DNA of 64,000 nt from the human T2T-CHM13v2.0 reference genome, Homo sapiens, in assembly GCF_009914755.1 (NCBI RefSeq), contig NC_060947.1; one strand, written 5' to 3'. Of the stretch, positions 43,318-60,264 are shown piece by piece (the stretch's first letter is position 1; the number at the start of each line of letters is the position of its first letter). The position numbers and the translations under genes are program-made. The notes beneath the pieces are model-generated. The model made no database searches. It had not been told where the DNA came from and was given only the letters and a program-made list of their open reading frames with translations.

Positions 43318-43880
43318 ATTATTATTTTACATGACATAAAAATAATCATTCTAAAGTATGTAATTCAGTAACACTTAGTACATTCAAAATGTTGTACAAT
43401 CTTAACCTCCTAATAACCTCCAATCCACTTTCTATCTCTGTGAATCTACATATCCTGGACATTTTACATAAATGAAATAATACAACATGTGGTCATTTGT
43501 ATCTGGCTCCTTTGACTTAGCATATTGTTTTTTAGGTTCATCCATATTTTAGCAGCTATCAGTGCTTTATTTCTTGTTATGGCTGAATAATATTCCATTG
43601 TATGGCTATACCACATTGCTACATTTTGTTTATTAAATCAGTTGATAGAAATTTTGGTTATTCCCAACTTTTGGCTATTTTGACTAGTGCCACTAAGAAC
43701 ATTCATGTACAAATTTTCATTTGATTACCTGTTTTATATTCGTTGTTCGTATTTACATAGGAGGAGAGTTGCTGAGTCATAAGGTAATTCTATGTTTACC
43801 TTTTTAAGGAATCACCAATCTGTTTTACAAAGTAGCTATACCTATTTTCATCCCATAAGCAGTGTACAAATGCTCTAATT
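43318..43880 (-). mobile_element. L1MB-like 3' end
   Basis: aatccactttctatctctgtgaat...ggctgaataatattccattgtatggctataccacatt...ggtaattctatgttta. Confidence 0.88.
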
Positions 43881-44715
43881 TAAAAGAAAAGCCCAGGCTC
43901 TGATGGCTTCACTGCTGATTCTACCAAACATTTAAAGAAGCACTAATATCAATCATTCTCAAATGCTTCCAAAAATTTGAAGAGGAAATACTGCCGAACC
44001 TATTTTATGAGACCTACATTACCCTGATAGAAAAGCCAAACAAATACACAAATAAAATTGCAGGACAATATCCTTGAAGAACACAGGTGCAAAAAACCTC
44101 AACAAAATACTAGCAAATGAAATTCAACAGCACATTAAAACAATCATTCAACATGATCAAGTGCAATTTACCCCAGGGATGCATGGATGGTTCAACATAC
44201 GCAAATTTATAAATGTGATACACTACATTAACAGAATAAAAGACAAAAATCATATGATCTCAATAGGTGCAGAAATAACACTTGTCAACATTCACCATCC
44301 TTTTATGATGAAAACTCAACAAATTAGTTATAGAGGTAATGTATCTCAATGCAATAAAGCCCATATATAACAAATGCACAGGTAACATTATACTCAATGG
44401 TGAAAAGTTGAAAGTTTTTCCTCTAAGATTGAGAAAAAGACAACAAGGCCCACTCTCACCACTTCTATTAAACAGTACTGGAAGTCCAAGCCAGAGCAAT
44501 GAGGCAAGAGAAAGGAATAAGAAGCATTAAAACAAACGAAAAAAGTTACAGCATGATATTATAATATACATAATCCTAAAGACTCCACCAATAATATGTT
44601 AGAACTAATTTAAAAATTTAGTACATTTGCAGAATACAAAATCAACATAAAAATCAGTAGCATTCCTGTCTACTAATAACAAAGTATCTGAAAAAGAAAT
44701 AAAGAAATCAATCTA

Positions 44716-45124
<409 letters not shown>

Positions 45125-45210
45125 TTAATGAATGAAATAGAAGAAAACTAAAAAAAATGGAAAAATATGCCACGTTTATGGATTGGAAGAATTAATATTG
45201 TTAAAATGAC

Positions 45211-45466
45211 CATGCTTGTTCTCATTTATAAGTGAGAGCTAAGCTATGGGTACACAAAGGCATACAAAGTGGTATAACAGACATTGGAGACTCAGAAGCA
45301 GGAGGGTAGGAGCATGGCAACAGATAAAAAGCTACGTCTTAGGTACAATGTACACTACTTGAGTGATAGATGGACTAAAATTTCAGACTTTACCACTATA
45401 CAATTCATCCAGGTAATTAGAAACCACTGGTACTCCAAAAGCTATTGAAATTTAAAATATATATAT
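45211..45466 (+). mobile_element. Short L1PB-like 3' end nested in L1MA
   Basis: gttctcatttataagtgagagctaagctatgggtacacaaaggc...ccaaaagctattgaaat. TSD ttaaaatgac at 45201-45210 and 45467-45476. Confidence 0.88.
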
Positions 45467-47144
45467 TTAAAATGACTATACCACCTAAAGTGATCTACAG
45501 ATTCAATGCAATCTCCATCAGTTACAATGCCATTTTTTACAGAAATTTTAAAAAGTCCTAAAATAAGTATGAAACCTCAAGAGTTTCTGAAGCAATCTTG
45601 AACAAAAATAAATAAATAAATAAAATTGGAAGCCTCACATAGACCAATCTTATAAATATACTAAAAAGCTATAGTAATAAAAACAGCATGATATTGGCAT
45701 AAAAACAGATAGACTAAGGAAACATAATAGAGAGCTCAGAAATAAATCTACACATTTACTCTCATTTGACTTCCTACAATGATTCCCAAAACACCCAAGA
45801 GACAGTCTCTTCCGTGCCGGGAAAACTGGATCTCCATATGCAGAATAATGAAATTAGGCCTTAATCTCACACTATATACAAAAATCAACTCAAAATGGAT
45901 TAAAGATGTAAATGTAATACCCGAAACTGTAAAACTTTTAGAAAAACACATATGGTAAAGCTCTATGACATTCATCTGGAAAATTATTTTTTGGATATGA
46001 CTCCAAAAGCACAGGCAACAAAAGCAAAAATAGACAAATGGGATGACATCAAACATAAAAGCTCTTCCACAGCCAAGGAAATGATCAACAGAGTGAAGAT
46101 GTGACCTACTATACAGGAAAAAATATTTGCAAACCATATAGCTGATAAGAAGTTAATGTCTAAAACATAAGGAATTCAAACCACTTAATAGAAAAGAAAA
46201 ATCCCAAACACCTGATTACAAAATGAGCAAAGGATCTGAATAGACATTTCTCCAAAGAAACCATGAAAATAGCCACTAGGAATATGAAAACATCTTTATC
46301 ATTACTAATCATTAGATATTGCAAATTAAAATCACAATAAGGTATCACCTCATACCTGTTAGAATGGCTATTAAGAAAAAGAAAAAACATAACAAGTATT
46401 GGCGAGGGTGTGGAGAAAAGGGAGCACTTGCCCACAATTGGTGGAAATGTAAATTGATATACCCGTTATGGAAAACAGTATGGAGCTTCCTCAAAAAATT
46501 TAAAAAAAAAACTACCATATGATCTAGCAATCTCACTACTGCATTTATATGAAAAATACTTGAAATCAGTATGTTGAAGTGACGTCTGCACTCTCATGTT
46601 CATTGTAGGATTATTTGCATTAGCCAAAATACATAATCAATCTAACTGTTCATTAATGGATGATTGGATAAAGAAAATGTGATATGCATGCACAATGGAA
46701 TACTATTCAGCCTTATTAAAGAATAAATTCCTGTCATTTGGACATGGATGACCCTGGAGGGCATTATGAAAAATGAAATCACCCAGAAACAGAAAGTCAA
46801 ATACTGCATAATATCGCTTATATGTAGAATCTTTAAAAAGTTGAACTCTTAGAAGTATAATAGAAAGTAGAATGGTGGTTACCGGGGCTGGGATGAAAGA
46901 GGGGTTAGGTAAACATTGGTCAAAGTATATAAAACTTCAGTTAGATGGGAGTACTAAGTTCAAGAGAGCTATTTTACAACACAGTGACTGTAGTTAAGGC
47001 CAATGTATTGTACCTGAAAATTGTAAAGAGGTCAGATTTTAATTGTTCTCACCACAAAAATGGTAAGTATGTGAAGTGATGCATATGCTAATTTGCTTGA
47101 TGCAGCCATTCCACAATGTATACATATTTCAAAATGTCATAGTG

Positions 47145-47254
47145 TACTATATATATAGTATGTATATATGTGTATATATGTATATATGTATATATGTGTA
47201 AATATGTATATATGTGTATATAGTATGTATATATGTATATAGTATGTGTGTGTG

Positions 47255-47287
<33 letters not shown>
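47145..47287. repeat. Compound (TA/TG)n-(CA)n microsatellite
   Basis: Read directly. Confidence 0.95.
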
Positions 47288-47295
47288 TCGTCTTA

Positions 47296-48045
<750 letters not shown>

Positions 48046-48779
48046 TTATAGAATATAAAGTTGGAAATTTTCTTGCACTTCTAAGTCAAAGGTTGTAAAT
48101 ATTGACATGTATATGTGAATATACACTGAAAAAACCATATGTGTATACACTGAAGCCGATTTCCCATACATTTATCGTCTTTCTCAGTAAAAGCACATTG
48201 GTATCCTCTTTCCTAAGTTGATGAAATTAATTACATGAGTCTTGGGAGGGGAAAAACTCTTTATAAAATACTTTTAAGGGAAGATTTGTAGAAAAAAACA
48301 TATACTCCCCCGCCACCGCCAGAATCTTCACATCTCTAAACATAATAAACATCAGGTTTTTAAAATTAGAAAACAACAACAGTATATTGTAAATAACAGT
48401 ATATTTTGTTTTAAGCCTGAAAATAAGTGCCCAAAATAATTGCAGTGAAAACCTGCACAAATTCAAATACAACATATTTGGTGATTACCTTCTGCTTTCT
48501 CCATCCCCTGTCTCCAAAAGAGGTCAGGCTAAATTCTAATTTTCTGGGGGATATGGGCAATATCATCAACAGAGAGAGAGGGGAGGAGCATGCACATCCC
48601 CTTTTACTTCCCACAGTAATGTGCTCGTGGAAGAGTTCTGAGTCACTATCAATAAGTTCAATACTTTCCAAACTTGATTGCTCCTCAGAATCACTTAGTG
48701 AGCTACTTTTTTCACTAAATACACAATTTTGAACCCCACCTCTACCTGATGCGTAATAATATTCAATTACATAGGAATT

Positions 48780-49326
48780 TGTTTGTTTCTTATTTGTAAT
48801 AGACAACACATAAATAGGGTTCTAAATTCAGAATGTTCAAAGAGTCTTACAATAAAGAGTAATCTTCTCTACTTCTCTCCTTTAGTTCCCCTATACAGAG
48901 GCAACCACTGTCACCAGGTAACTGTATATATTGTTAGCAGTTTCTTTAGTATTTTGTGAGTGAAGTTATGTGTATTCAAGCAAATATGTATAATTATGTA
49001 ATTTTATTACGAATAAGCTATGCATACTGTCCTGTACTTTGATTTATCCAGTTCCCATAATGTCCTTGAAATTGTTCCATATTATTACAGAAGGGAATGC
49101 CACATTCCTTTTTTTTTTTTTTTTTTTGCAACTCTACAGTATTTCACTGTTTGGATAAGCAACAATATATTTAAAGTTTTCTACTGCTGGAGATATGTAT
49201 TTTCTTCTGCATTTTTTGCTATTACAAACAATACTATAGTGAATATTCTTACACATGTGATATTTGCACATGTGCAAGTTTCTACATAATATAAATTCCT
49301 AGAAATGGAATTGTCAAATAAAAAGG
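48780..49326 (-). mobile_element. L1ME 3' fragment
   Basis: gaggcaaccactgt...tttttgctattacaaacaatactatagtgaatattctt...taaattcctagaaatggaattg. Resumes after 50,156. Confidence 0.75.
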
Positions 49327-50156
<830 letters not shown>

Positions 50157-50574
50157 ATTTTTTTTATTTTAATAGATATTGCCACATATGCCTCCACAAA
50201 AAAGTGTCAACTTTCATTAGGAATTTGAAGATTTTAAAATATCCCTAAGTGATTCTAATGATCAGACAGGATTCAAGACCACTGCTCTAGAATTTCAGCT
50301 AATGTGTGAAGCTGGATTTGTAGATTGAATCATTTGATTTTTTTCTTCAAAGCCACTTCTCCTATTAAGCTTTCCTCTATTATGTAGCCCAATAATTTTC
50401 AAAGTTTAATATGCATACAAATTATATAGATCTTTTTAAGAGGCAGATAATCTGAAATTCTTCTAAGTGAGGTTAACACCTTTTGTCCATGGATCACACT
50501 TTGAGTAGCAATGTCCTATGGGACTCCACCAGTCAATAGCACAAAGATTAACACTTAGCTTGTACTGTTTAGTG

Positions 50575-51063
50575 TAACAGTGATCATACACTTTTTAGTC
50601 TACAGACACCTCAAAAAAGATTTGTTTGTGTGGGTTTATATCTATTGATATTTACCACATTTAAAATTAAGACAAAGTTTTCTAAATGTTTACTTCATTT
50701 TAAATTTCATTTTTATGTTACTTCACAATGTATTTGAAAATGCATTAACATAAATAACACATATTTCTAAAAAAAAGTCCAAAACAATGCTAATGAGTAG
50801 AATGGCATTGTTTTACATTTTAAAATTTTTCTTTAATGTCTGGCTTAATAGAACACTGCAGGAATCTTGTATATATTTCTGATTAAATAAGCTGTGTATT
50901 GCACATCCTGTAGCCTCTGCAGAATATTACTATACATTCTTGAGAGATGGATAATGAAAAAAAGCAAATGTCTTAGTACTATAATGAAAATATCTTGGAC
51001 CTTGAAGACACTCTAAAAGGTTCTTGGGGAACACCATATGTCCCCAGACCATGAGAACGACTG
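50575..51063. mobile_element. hAT-Charlie non-autonomous element (MER119-like), next to MER5 pieces at 50,220-50,515
   Basis: aatggcattgttttacatttt...ctttaatgtctggcttaatagaa...tgtagcctctg...ccccagaccatgagaacgactg. Family name recalled, not verified. Confidence 0.65.
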
Positions 51064-52526
51064 TTTTAATATGTGGCCCTTCTGCCATGCCATGGAGACT
51101 AGAAACATCTTTAGGACAGAGACTGATTATCTTATTCTTCTTTACCTCAACAGGGCTAGCTCAGATTATGTGTTGAGTCAATACTTATTGATTTGAGGAC
51201 TATGATAATCAAATTTTTCAAAGTATTCTCATCCTATTTCTTTTGCATAGGCAATTGAGAACTAGAAACTGGGGATATCAATGGAGATGGGAAATGAGCC
51301 CGTTTTCACTCATCTCCTCCATAAAGAAAGGTTCACAGTGAAAGCTATAAAGCTCACCTCTAAAGAAAATAATTTCATCACAATATCATGAAGTATTTTT
51401 GCACCCATCATTTTATTTGATGCTAAAAAACCACGTAAGCTAGTCATTTTACAGATAATGAATCTGAGACACAAGCCAAATTGCCCAAGTTTTATAGCTA
51501 GTAAGTGACTACTGACCCAGGGTTGAGAAAATAGAACTCAACCTTGGATTATAAATAAGTTGAAGGAATGTCTTAATGTATTGTATTGTGCACTTATTTT
51601 GTGTGTCATGGGATATTAATACCATTCAGGATTGAGACTATTTACAATAAGTTGCCTTTATGGTGATCAAATGTTCCCAGTTCTTTGGGGGCATCCAACG
51701 ACCTGCTAAATTTGTTTATTGCCTGATCTGCTTGACAATAGACATTAGTCCTCAAACTGCTTTCTACTATAGTACTGTGATATAATCAGGATTTCCAGGA
51801 AGTCTCTTTCTGCCATCATAATTTTTATTAGTGTAGTGAGTAATAACAGCTTTTTATGCTACCAGACTGATGTAATTATTTCTCAATAAACCTAGTATGT
51901 TTTCTGCTAAAGAAGACGACCAGGTCAGCAATGCAGGAACTTACAGTTCCAGTGGAAAGCAAGGGCAAGGTCAATTTCTGTTTGCAAAGAGCAGGAAGGT
52001 CTATAGTAACTAAAGAAACACTAGAAGCATGGTCTAGGGTGTCAGTCCTCTTGATTCCTTTTTTTAAAAGTGTACTTGCTTTTAATAGACTGTGGTATAA
52101 TCTTCTCAATTCCTGCTCCAATTCAAAACACCACAAACAGGAATCCGAGTCCTACTGCATTATTTTTATGTGAAGCACTGGATAATTTGGGCCCTTAAAA
52201 CGTAGAGGAAAAAATGCCCAGGGGCAAGAATTGGGGTGGAGATTAAGATAGTTTTCTAAATGTGCTTGAAAGCTCATTTCAAGGGCCTATTAGTTGCACG
52301 GTAAAAATGAATACAATTACCTGGTAAATTCAGGTTCTACACAATTCAGTTTTCAGTTGTCATCTGAAAAATTCCATTCAAATCTGGTGATTAGCCTGAT
52401 TAGCCTGATTTAGATAAAATATATAGGCTTACGCTGTGTGTGTGTGTGTGTGTGTACGCACGCATCCATCTAGAAATCACACCTTTAATTTTAGTGCATT
52501 GTATATGGTGACAGTTTCATGGGTGT

Positions 52527-54797
52527 TGTATTAGTCTGTTTTCATACTGCTGATAAAGACATACCCTAGACTGGGAAGAAAAAGAGGTTTAATCGGACTT
52601 ACAGTTCCACATGGCTAGGGAGGCCTCCCAATCATGGTGGTAGGCAAAAGGCACTTTTTACATGGCAGTGGCAAGAGAAAATGAGGAAAAAGCAAAAGCA
52701 GAAACCCCTCATGAACCCATCAGATCTCGAGGTACTTATTCAATATCACTAGAATAGCACAGGAAAGACTGGCCCCCATGATTCAATTACCTCCCTTTGG
52801 GTCCCTCCCACAACACATGGGAATTCTGGGAGATACCATTCAAGTTGAGATTTGGGTGGGGACACAGCCAAACCATATCATTCTGCCCCTGGCCCCTCCA
52901 AATCTCATGTCCTCACAATTCAAAACCAATCATGCCTTCCCAGCAGTCCCCCAAAGTCTTAACTCATTTCAGCATTAATGGAAAAGTCCAAAGTCCAAAG
53001 TCTCATCTGAGAAAAGTCCAGTCCCTTCTGCCTACGAGTCTGTAAAATCAAAAACAAGCTAGTTACTTCCAAGATACAAGGGGTTACAGTTATGGGTAAA
53101 TACAGCCATTTCAAATGCTGGCCAAAACAAAGAGGTTACAGGGCCCATGCAAGTCCAAAATCCAGGGATGCAGTCAAACTTCAAATCTCCAAAACGATCT
53201 CCTTTGACACCAGATCTCAAATCCAGGTCACGCTGATGCAAGAGGTGGGCTCTCAGGGTCTTGGGCACCTCCCCGCCCTGTGGCTTTGCAGGGTACAGCC
53301 TCCCTCCCTGCTGCTTTCATGGGCTGGCATTGTCTGTGGTTTTTCCAGGCACATGGTTCAAGCTGATGGTGGATCTACCATTCTAGGGTCTGGAGGATGG
53401 TGGCCCTCTTCTCACAGCTCCACTAGGTGGTGCCACAGTAGAGACTCTGTGTAGGGGCTCTGATTCCACATTTTTTTTTTTCCACAATGACCTAGCAAAT
53501 GTTCTCCATGAGGGCCCTGCCTCTACAGCAAACACTTGCTTGGGCATCCAAGCGTTTCCACACATCTTCTGAAATCTAGGCTGAGGTTCCCAAACCTCAG
53601 TTCTTGACATCCATGCACCAATAGGCTCAACATCACATGGAAGCTGCCAAGGCTTGGTGCTTCCACCCTCTGAAGCCACAGCTTGAGCTGCATGTTGGCC
53701 CCTTTCAGCAAAGGCTGGAGCAGCTGGGACACAGTGCACCAAGTCCTAGGCTGCACACAGCATGCGGACCCTGGGCCAGGCCCACGAAAACACTTTTTCC
53801 TCCTAGGCCTCTGGGAATGTGATGGAAGGGGCTGCCGTCAAGGTCTCTGACATGGCCCGGAGACATTTTCCTCATGGTCTTTGGGATTAACATTAGGCTT
53901 CTTGCTACTTATGCAGTTCTCTACAGCTGGGTTGAATTTCTGCTCAGAAAATGGGTTTTTCTTTCTATTGCATAGTCAGGCTGCAAATTTTCCAAACTTT
54001 CATGATCTGCTTCCCTCATAAAATGGAATGTCTTCAACAGTACCCAAGTCACCTCTTGAATGCTTTGATCCTTAGAAATTTCTTCTGCCAGATACCCTAA
54101 ATCATCTCCTCCAAATTCAAACTTCCACAAATCTCTAGGGCAGGAGCAAAGTGCCACCAGTCTCTTTGCTAAAACGTAACAAGAGTGACCTTTACTCTAG
54201 TTCCCAACAAGTTCCTCATCTCCATCTGAGATTACCTCAGTCTGGACCTTATTGTCCATATCACTATCAGCATTTTGGGCAAAGCCATTCAACAAGTCTC
54301 TAGGAGGTTCCAAATTTCCCAAATTTTCCTGTCTTCTGAGTCCACCAAACTGTTCCAAACTCTGCCTGTTACCCACTTCTAAAGTCGCTTCCACATTTTT
54401 GGGTATCTTTTCAGCAATGCCCCACTGTACTGGTATCAATTTACTGTATTAGTCTGTTTTCACACTGCTGATAAAGATATACCTGAGACTGGAAGAATAA
54501 GAGGTTTAATTGAACTTACAGTTCCACATGAGTAGGGAGACCTCAGAATCATGGCAGGAAGTGAAAGGTACTTCTTACATGGTGGCGGCAAGAGAAAATG
54601 AGGAAGAGGCAAAAGCAGAAACCCCTGATAAACCCATCAGATCTCGTGAGACTTATTCACTATCATGAGAATACCACAGGAAAGACCAGCACCCATGAAT
54701 CAATTACCTCCCCCTGGGTCCCTCTCACAACACGTGGGGATTCTGGGAGATACAATTCAAGTTGAGATTTGGGTGGGGATGCAGCCAAACCATATCA
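52527..54797 (-). mobile_element. Full-length THE1 (C-like) MaLR provirus: LTR 52527-52880, internal region, LTR 54445-54797
   Basis: Two ~354-bp direct LTRs (tgtattagtc...catatca), ~1.56 kb internal region, exact TSD ggtgt at 52522-52526 and 54798-54802. Confidence 0.97.
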
Positions 54798-57700
54798 GGT
54801 GTATACTTATTTTCAAATGTATCAAGATGCATACTTTAAAAATATATAATTTTTGTGGTGGGAAGGGCCAAGATGGCCAAGTAGAAATAGTGTCCATCTG
54901 CAGCTCCCAACAAGATGTATGCAAAAAGTGAGTGAATTCTACACTTCCAACTGAGTTACCCAGATTCTTTCATTAGGACTGACTAGGGAGTTGGTGCTAC
55001 CCACAGAGAGCAAGGAAAGCAAGGTGGGGTGACGTTTCACCTGGGAGCTACATAGGGCAAAGGGACCTCTCTCCTGCAGCCAAGGGAGGCAGTGAGTCAG
55101 TGTACTATGTGCACAGGGGCACTATGCTTTTCCCACAGATTTTTGCAACCCTCAGACTGGGAGATTTCTTCATGAGCATACATCACCAGGGCCTTGGGTC
55201 CCAAGCACAAAACTGGGCAGACATAGGGCAGCTGCTCCAGTCAGTGACTGTTTAGGCAGGCAATATGCTGCAGGAGTTTTTACATAATCTAGCAGCTCTC
55301 AGAACTCCAGAAAGGCAGGAGATTTGTCCACTTCCATGAAAAAGGAGCTAAAGCCATGGAGCCAAGCAGACTCACTCAGTGGGTCCCATTCCCATGGATC
55401 TCAGCAAACTAAGACCCACTGGTTTGGAATTCCCACTGGCCAGAACATCCACCTGGAGAATGTCTAAGTTGACCGAGTTCCCAGGGAGAGGGGTGGCCAC
55501 CATTACTGCAGCTCTAGTCAGTGGTTTTCCCCTGCCAGTGCTAAAGAGGGTGGGCAGTTTGGACTGGGTGATATTCCCCCACAGCACAGCACAGTGACTC
55601 TGGCAGACTGTGGCCAGGCTGCTTCTTTAGTAGGAACCCGGATCCACCCCTTCTCACTAGGCAGGGCCTCCCTGCAGGAATTCCATCAACTCCAGTGAGG
55701 GACTTACAGACAAAACTCTCAACTCCCTGAAACAGAGCACCTGGGGGAAAGGCAGCCATGGTCTTGGGTTCAGCGTTCTTAATCTTTCCTGCCTGCTAAC
55801 TGAAGAATCCATGTGTTCCAGATGAGGGGGATTCCCCCAGAACAGCTCCACTAAGGGATAGCCAGACTGCTTCATTAAGGGGATTCCTGGTCCTGTGCCT
55901 CCTGACTGGGTGAGACCTCCCAACAGGAGTCACTAGACACCTCATACAGGAGAGTTCCAGCTGACATCAAGTCAGTACCCTTCTGGGACAAAGCCTCCAG
56001 AGGAAGGAGCAGGCAGCAATCTTTGCTATTCTGGAGCCTCCACTGGTAATACCCAGACAAACAGGGTCTGGACTGGACCCCCAGCAAACTGCAGCAGACC
56101 TGAAGAACAGAGGCCTGACTGGTAAAACAAAAACAAACAAACAAAAAGCAACAACAACAACATCAACAAAAAGGAGCCCGCAAAAACCCCATCAAAATGT
56201 CAACAGACTTAAAGATCAAAGGCAGATAAATCCATGAAGATGAAAAAAAAATGATGCAAAAACACTGAAAATTCCAAAAGTCAGAATGCCTCTACCCCTC
56301 CAAATGATTGCAACACCTCTCCAGTGAGGGCACAGAACTGGACTGAAGCTGAAATGGATGAACTGACAGAAGTAGGTTTCAGAAAGTGGGTAATAACGAA
56401 CTTTGCTGAGCTATAGGATTATGTTCTAAACCAATGCAAAGAAGCTAAGAACCATGATAAAAGATTATAAGAGCTGTTAACTAGAATAACCAGTTTAGAG
56501 AGGAACATAAGTGACCTGATAGAGCTGAAAAATACAGAATGAGAACCTCATGATGCAAATACAAGTATCAATAGCTGAATTGGCCAAGTGGAAAAGAGAA
56601 TATCAGAGCTTGAAGACTATACTTCTTAAATAAGGCAGGCAGAAAACATTAGAGAAAAAGGAATAAAAAGGAATTAAAAAAAACTTCTGAGAACTATGGG
56701 ACTATTTAAAAAGACTGAACCTATGACTGTTTGGAGTACCTGAAAGAGACAGGGAGAATGGAATCAAGTTGGAAAACATACTTCAGTATATCATCCAAGA
56801 GAACTTCCCCAACCCAGCAAGACAGGCCAACATTCAAATTCAGGAAATCCAGAGGACCCCACTAAGATACTCCATGAGAAGATCAACCCCAAGACACATA
56901 ATCATTCAATTCCCCAAGCTTAAAATGAAAGAAAAAATGTTAAGGACATCCAGAGAGCAAGGCTAGGTTATCTACACAGGGAAGCCCATCAGACTAACAG
57001 TAGACCTCTCAGCAGAAGCCCTATAAGCCATGAGCATGGGGGCCAATATTCAACATTCTTAAAAGAATTTCCAAGCCAGAATTTCATATCTGGCCAAACT
57101 AAGCTTCATAAGCAAAGGAGAAATAACATCTTTTTCAGACAAGTAAATGCTGAGGGATTTCATCACCACCAGGCCTGCCTTGCAAGCTCCTGAAGGAAGC
57201 ACTAAACATGGAAAGGAAAAACTGTTACCATCCACTACAAAAACACACTGACATACACAGACCAACAACACTATGAAGCAAATACATTAACAAGTCTACA
57301 ATATTAATCCAGCCAGCATCATGATGACAGGATCAAATTCACACATAACAATATTAACCTTAAATATAAATGGGCTAAATGCCCCAAATAAAAGACACAG
57401 AGTTGCAAGCTAGATAAAAACACAAGGCCCATTGGTGTGTTGTACACAAGAGACATATCGCATGTACAAAGACACGTATAGGCTCAAAATAAAGGGGTGG
57501 AGAAAAATTTACCAAGTAAATGGAAAGCAAAAAAAGCAGTAATTGCAATCCTAGTCTCTGACAAAATAGACTTTGAAACAACAAAGGTCAAAAGAGACAA
57601 AGAAGGGCATTACATAATGGTATAAAATTCAATTCAACATGAAGAGCTAACCATCCTAAGTATATATGTACCCAATACAGGAGCACCCAGATTCATAAAA

Positions 57701-57993
57701 CAAGTTATTAAAAACTTACAAAGAGACTTAGGCCCCCACACAATAATAATGGGAGACTTTCATACCCCACTGTCAGTATTAGACAGATCATCAAGACAGA
57801 AAATTAACAATGATATTCAGGAGTTGAACTCAGCTCTGAACCAAGTGGACCTGATAGATATCTACAGAACTCTCTACTCCAAAACAACAGAATATACATT
57901 TTTCTTGGTGCCACATGGCACTTACTCTAAAATTGATCACATGATGGGAAGTAAAACACTCCTTAGCAAATGCAAAAGAACGGAAATTATAAC

Positions 57994-60264
57994 TGATAGA
58001 GTTGGACTGTGTCCCCACCCAAGTCTTATCTTGAATTCCCATGTATTGTTAGAGGGACCTGGTAGGTAATTGAATCATGGGAGCAGGATTTTCCCATGCT
58101 GTTCTTGTGACAGTGAATAAATCTGAGGGTTTCATAAGGGGGAGTTTTCTGGAAAAGCTATCTCTCTTTGCCTGATGTCATCCATGTAAGATGTGACTTG
58201 CTCCTCCTTGCCTTCTGCCATGATTGTGAGGCTTCCCAGCCACGTGAAACTGTAAGTCCATTTAACCTCTTTCTTTTGTAAATTGCCCAGCCTCAGGTAT
58301 GTCTACATCAGCAGCATGAAAATGGACTAATACGGTAACTTGGTATCAGTAGAGTGGGGAGCTTCTGAAAAGATACCCAAAAATGTGGAAGCAACTTTGG
58401 AACTGGGTAACAGGCAGAGGTTGGAAGAGTTTGGATGGCTCAGAAAAAGATAGGAAAATGTGAGAAACTTTGGAACTCCCTAGAGACTTGTTGAATAGCT
58501 TTGACCAAAATGCTGATAATTATGTGGACAATGAAATCCAGGCTGAGGTGGTCTCAGATGGAGACGAGGAACTTGTTGGGAGCTGGAGTAAAGGTGACTC
58601 TTGTTATATTTTAGCAAAGAAACTGATGGCATTTTGCCCCTGCCCTAGAGATTTGTGAAACTTTAAACTTGAGAGAGATAATTTAGGGAATCTGGTGGAA
58701 GAAAGTACTAAGCAGCAAGAATTCAAGAGGTGGCTTGGGTGCTGATAAAGGTATTCAGTTTTATAAGGGAAACAGAGGATAAAAGGTCAGAAAATTTGCA
58801 GCCTGACTATGTGATAGAAATGAAAATCCCATTTTCTAAGGAGAAATTCAAGCCGGCTCCAGAGATTTGCATAAGTAATGAGGAGTCTAATGTTAATCCT
58901 CAAGACAATAGGGAAAATATCTCCAGAGCATGTCACATGTCTTCAGAGCAGCCCCTCCCATCACATTCCCAGAGGCCTAGGAGAAATGGTTTCCTGGTCT
59001 GGGCCAAGGGTCCCTGTGCTGTGTGCAGCCTAGGGACTTGATGTCTTGCATGCCAGCCATTCCAGCCATGGCTGAAAGAGGACAACATAGAGCTTGGGCC
59101 ATGGCTTCAGAGGGTCGAAGCCCCAAGGCTTGGTGGCTTCCATCTGTTGTTGAGCCTGCAAGTGCACAGAAGTAAATAATTGGGGTTTGAGAATGTCCTA
59201 CTAGATTTCAGAATATGTATATAAATGCCTAGATGCCCAGGCAGAAGTTTGCTGCAGGAGTGGAGCCCTCATGGAGAACCTCTGCTAAGGCAGCATGGAA
59301 GGGAAATGTGGGGTCGGAGACCCCACACATGGCCCCTACTGTGGCACCACCTAGTGGAGCTGTGAGTGGAGGGCCACCATCCTTCAGATCCCAGAAGGGT
59401 AGGTCCACCAACAGCTTGCACTGTGAGCCTGGAAAAGCTGCAGACACTCAATGGCAGCCCATGAAAGCAGCCAGGCAATAGTCTGTACCCTGCAAAGTGT
59501 ACAGGGGTGGAGCTGCCTAAGGCGATAGGAACCCAACTCTTGCATCAGTGTGACCTGGATGTTAGACACAGAGTCAAAAGAGATCATTCTGGAGCTTTAA
59601 AATTTGACTGCCCCACTGGATTTTGGACTTGCATGGGGCCTGTAGTTCCATTGTTTTGGCCAATTTCTCCCATTTGGAATGGTTATATTTACCGAATGCC
59701 TATACCCCCATTGTATATAGGAAGTAACTAACTTGCTTTTGAACTTATAGGCTCATAGGTGGAAGGGATTCACCTTGTCTCAGATGAGACTTTGGACTGT
59801 GGACTGTTAAGTTAATGCTGAAATGAGTTAAGACTTTGGAGGACTGTTGGGAATGCATGGTTGCTTTTGAAATGTGAGTACATGAGATTTGGGAGGAGCC
59901 AGGGGTGAAATTATATGGTTTGACTGTGTCCCCACCCATATCTCATCTTGAATTTCCATGTGTTGTGGGAAGGACCTGGTGGGAGCTGGCTGAATCATGG
60001 GGGCAGGTCTTTCCCATGTTGTTCTAGTGACAGTGAATAAGTCTCATGCGGTCTGAGGGATTTATAAGGGAGAATTTTCTTGCACAAGCTCTCTTTTTGC
60101 CTGCTGCCATCCATGTAAGATGTGACTTGCTCCTCCTTTCCTTCTGTCATGGTTGTGAGGCTTCCTCAGCCATGTTGAACTGTAAGTCCATTTAACCTCT
60201 TTCTTCTGTGAATTGCCCAGTCTCAGGTATGTCTTTATCAGCAGTGTGAAAACGGACTAATACA
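57994..60264 (+). mobile_element. Full-length THE1 (A/B-like) provirus inside L1 ORF2: LTR 57994-58334, internal region, LTR 59911-60264
   Basis: Two direct LTRs ending ggactaatac; exact TSD ataac at 57989-57993 and 60265-60269; L1 ORF2 is colinear on both sides. Confidence 0.97.

Noticed and set aside
48411-48809. 132-aa Ser/Glu-rich ORF and an opposite-strand 101-aa ORF
   Set aside because: No recognisable homology or convincing splice context; the length is compatible with chance.
52388-52410. (tgattagcc)x2.5 resembling double-homeodomain sites
   Set aside because: Too short, and explained by simple slippage.
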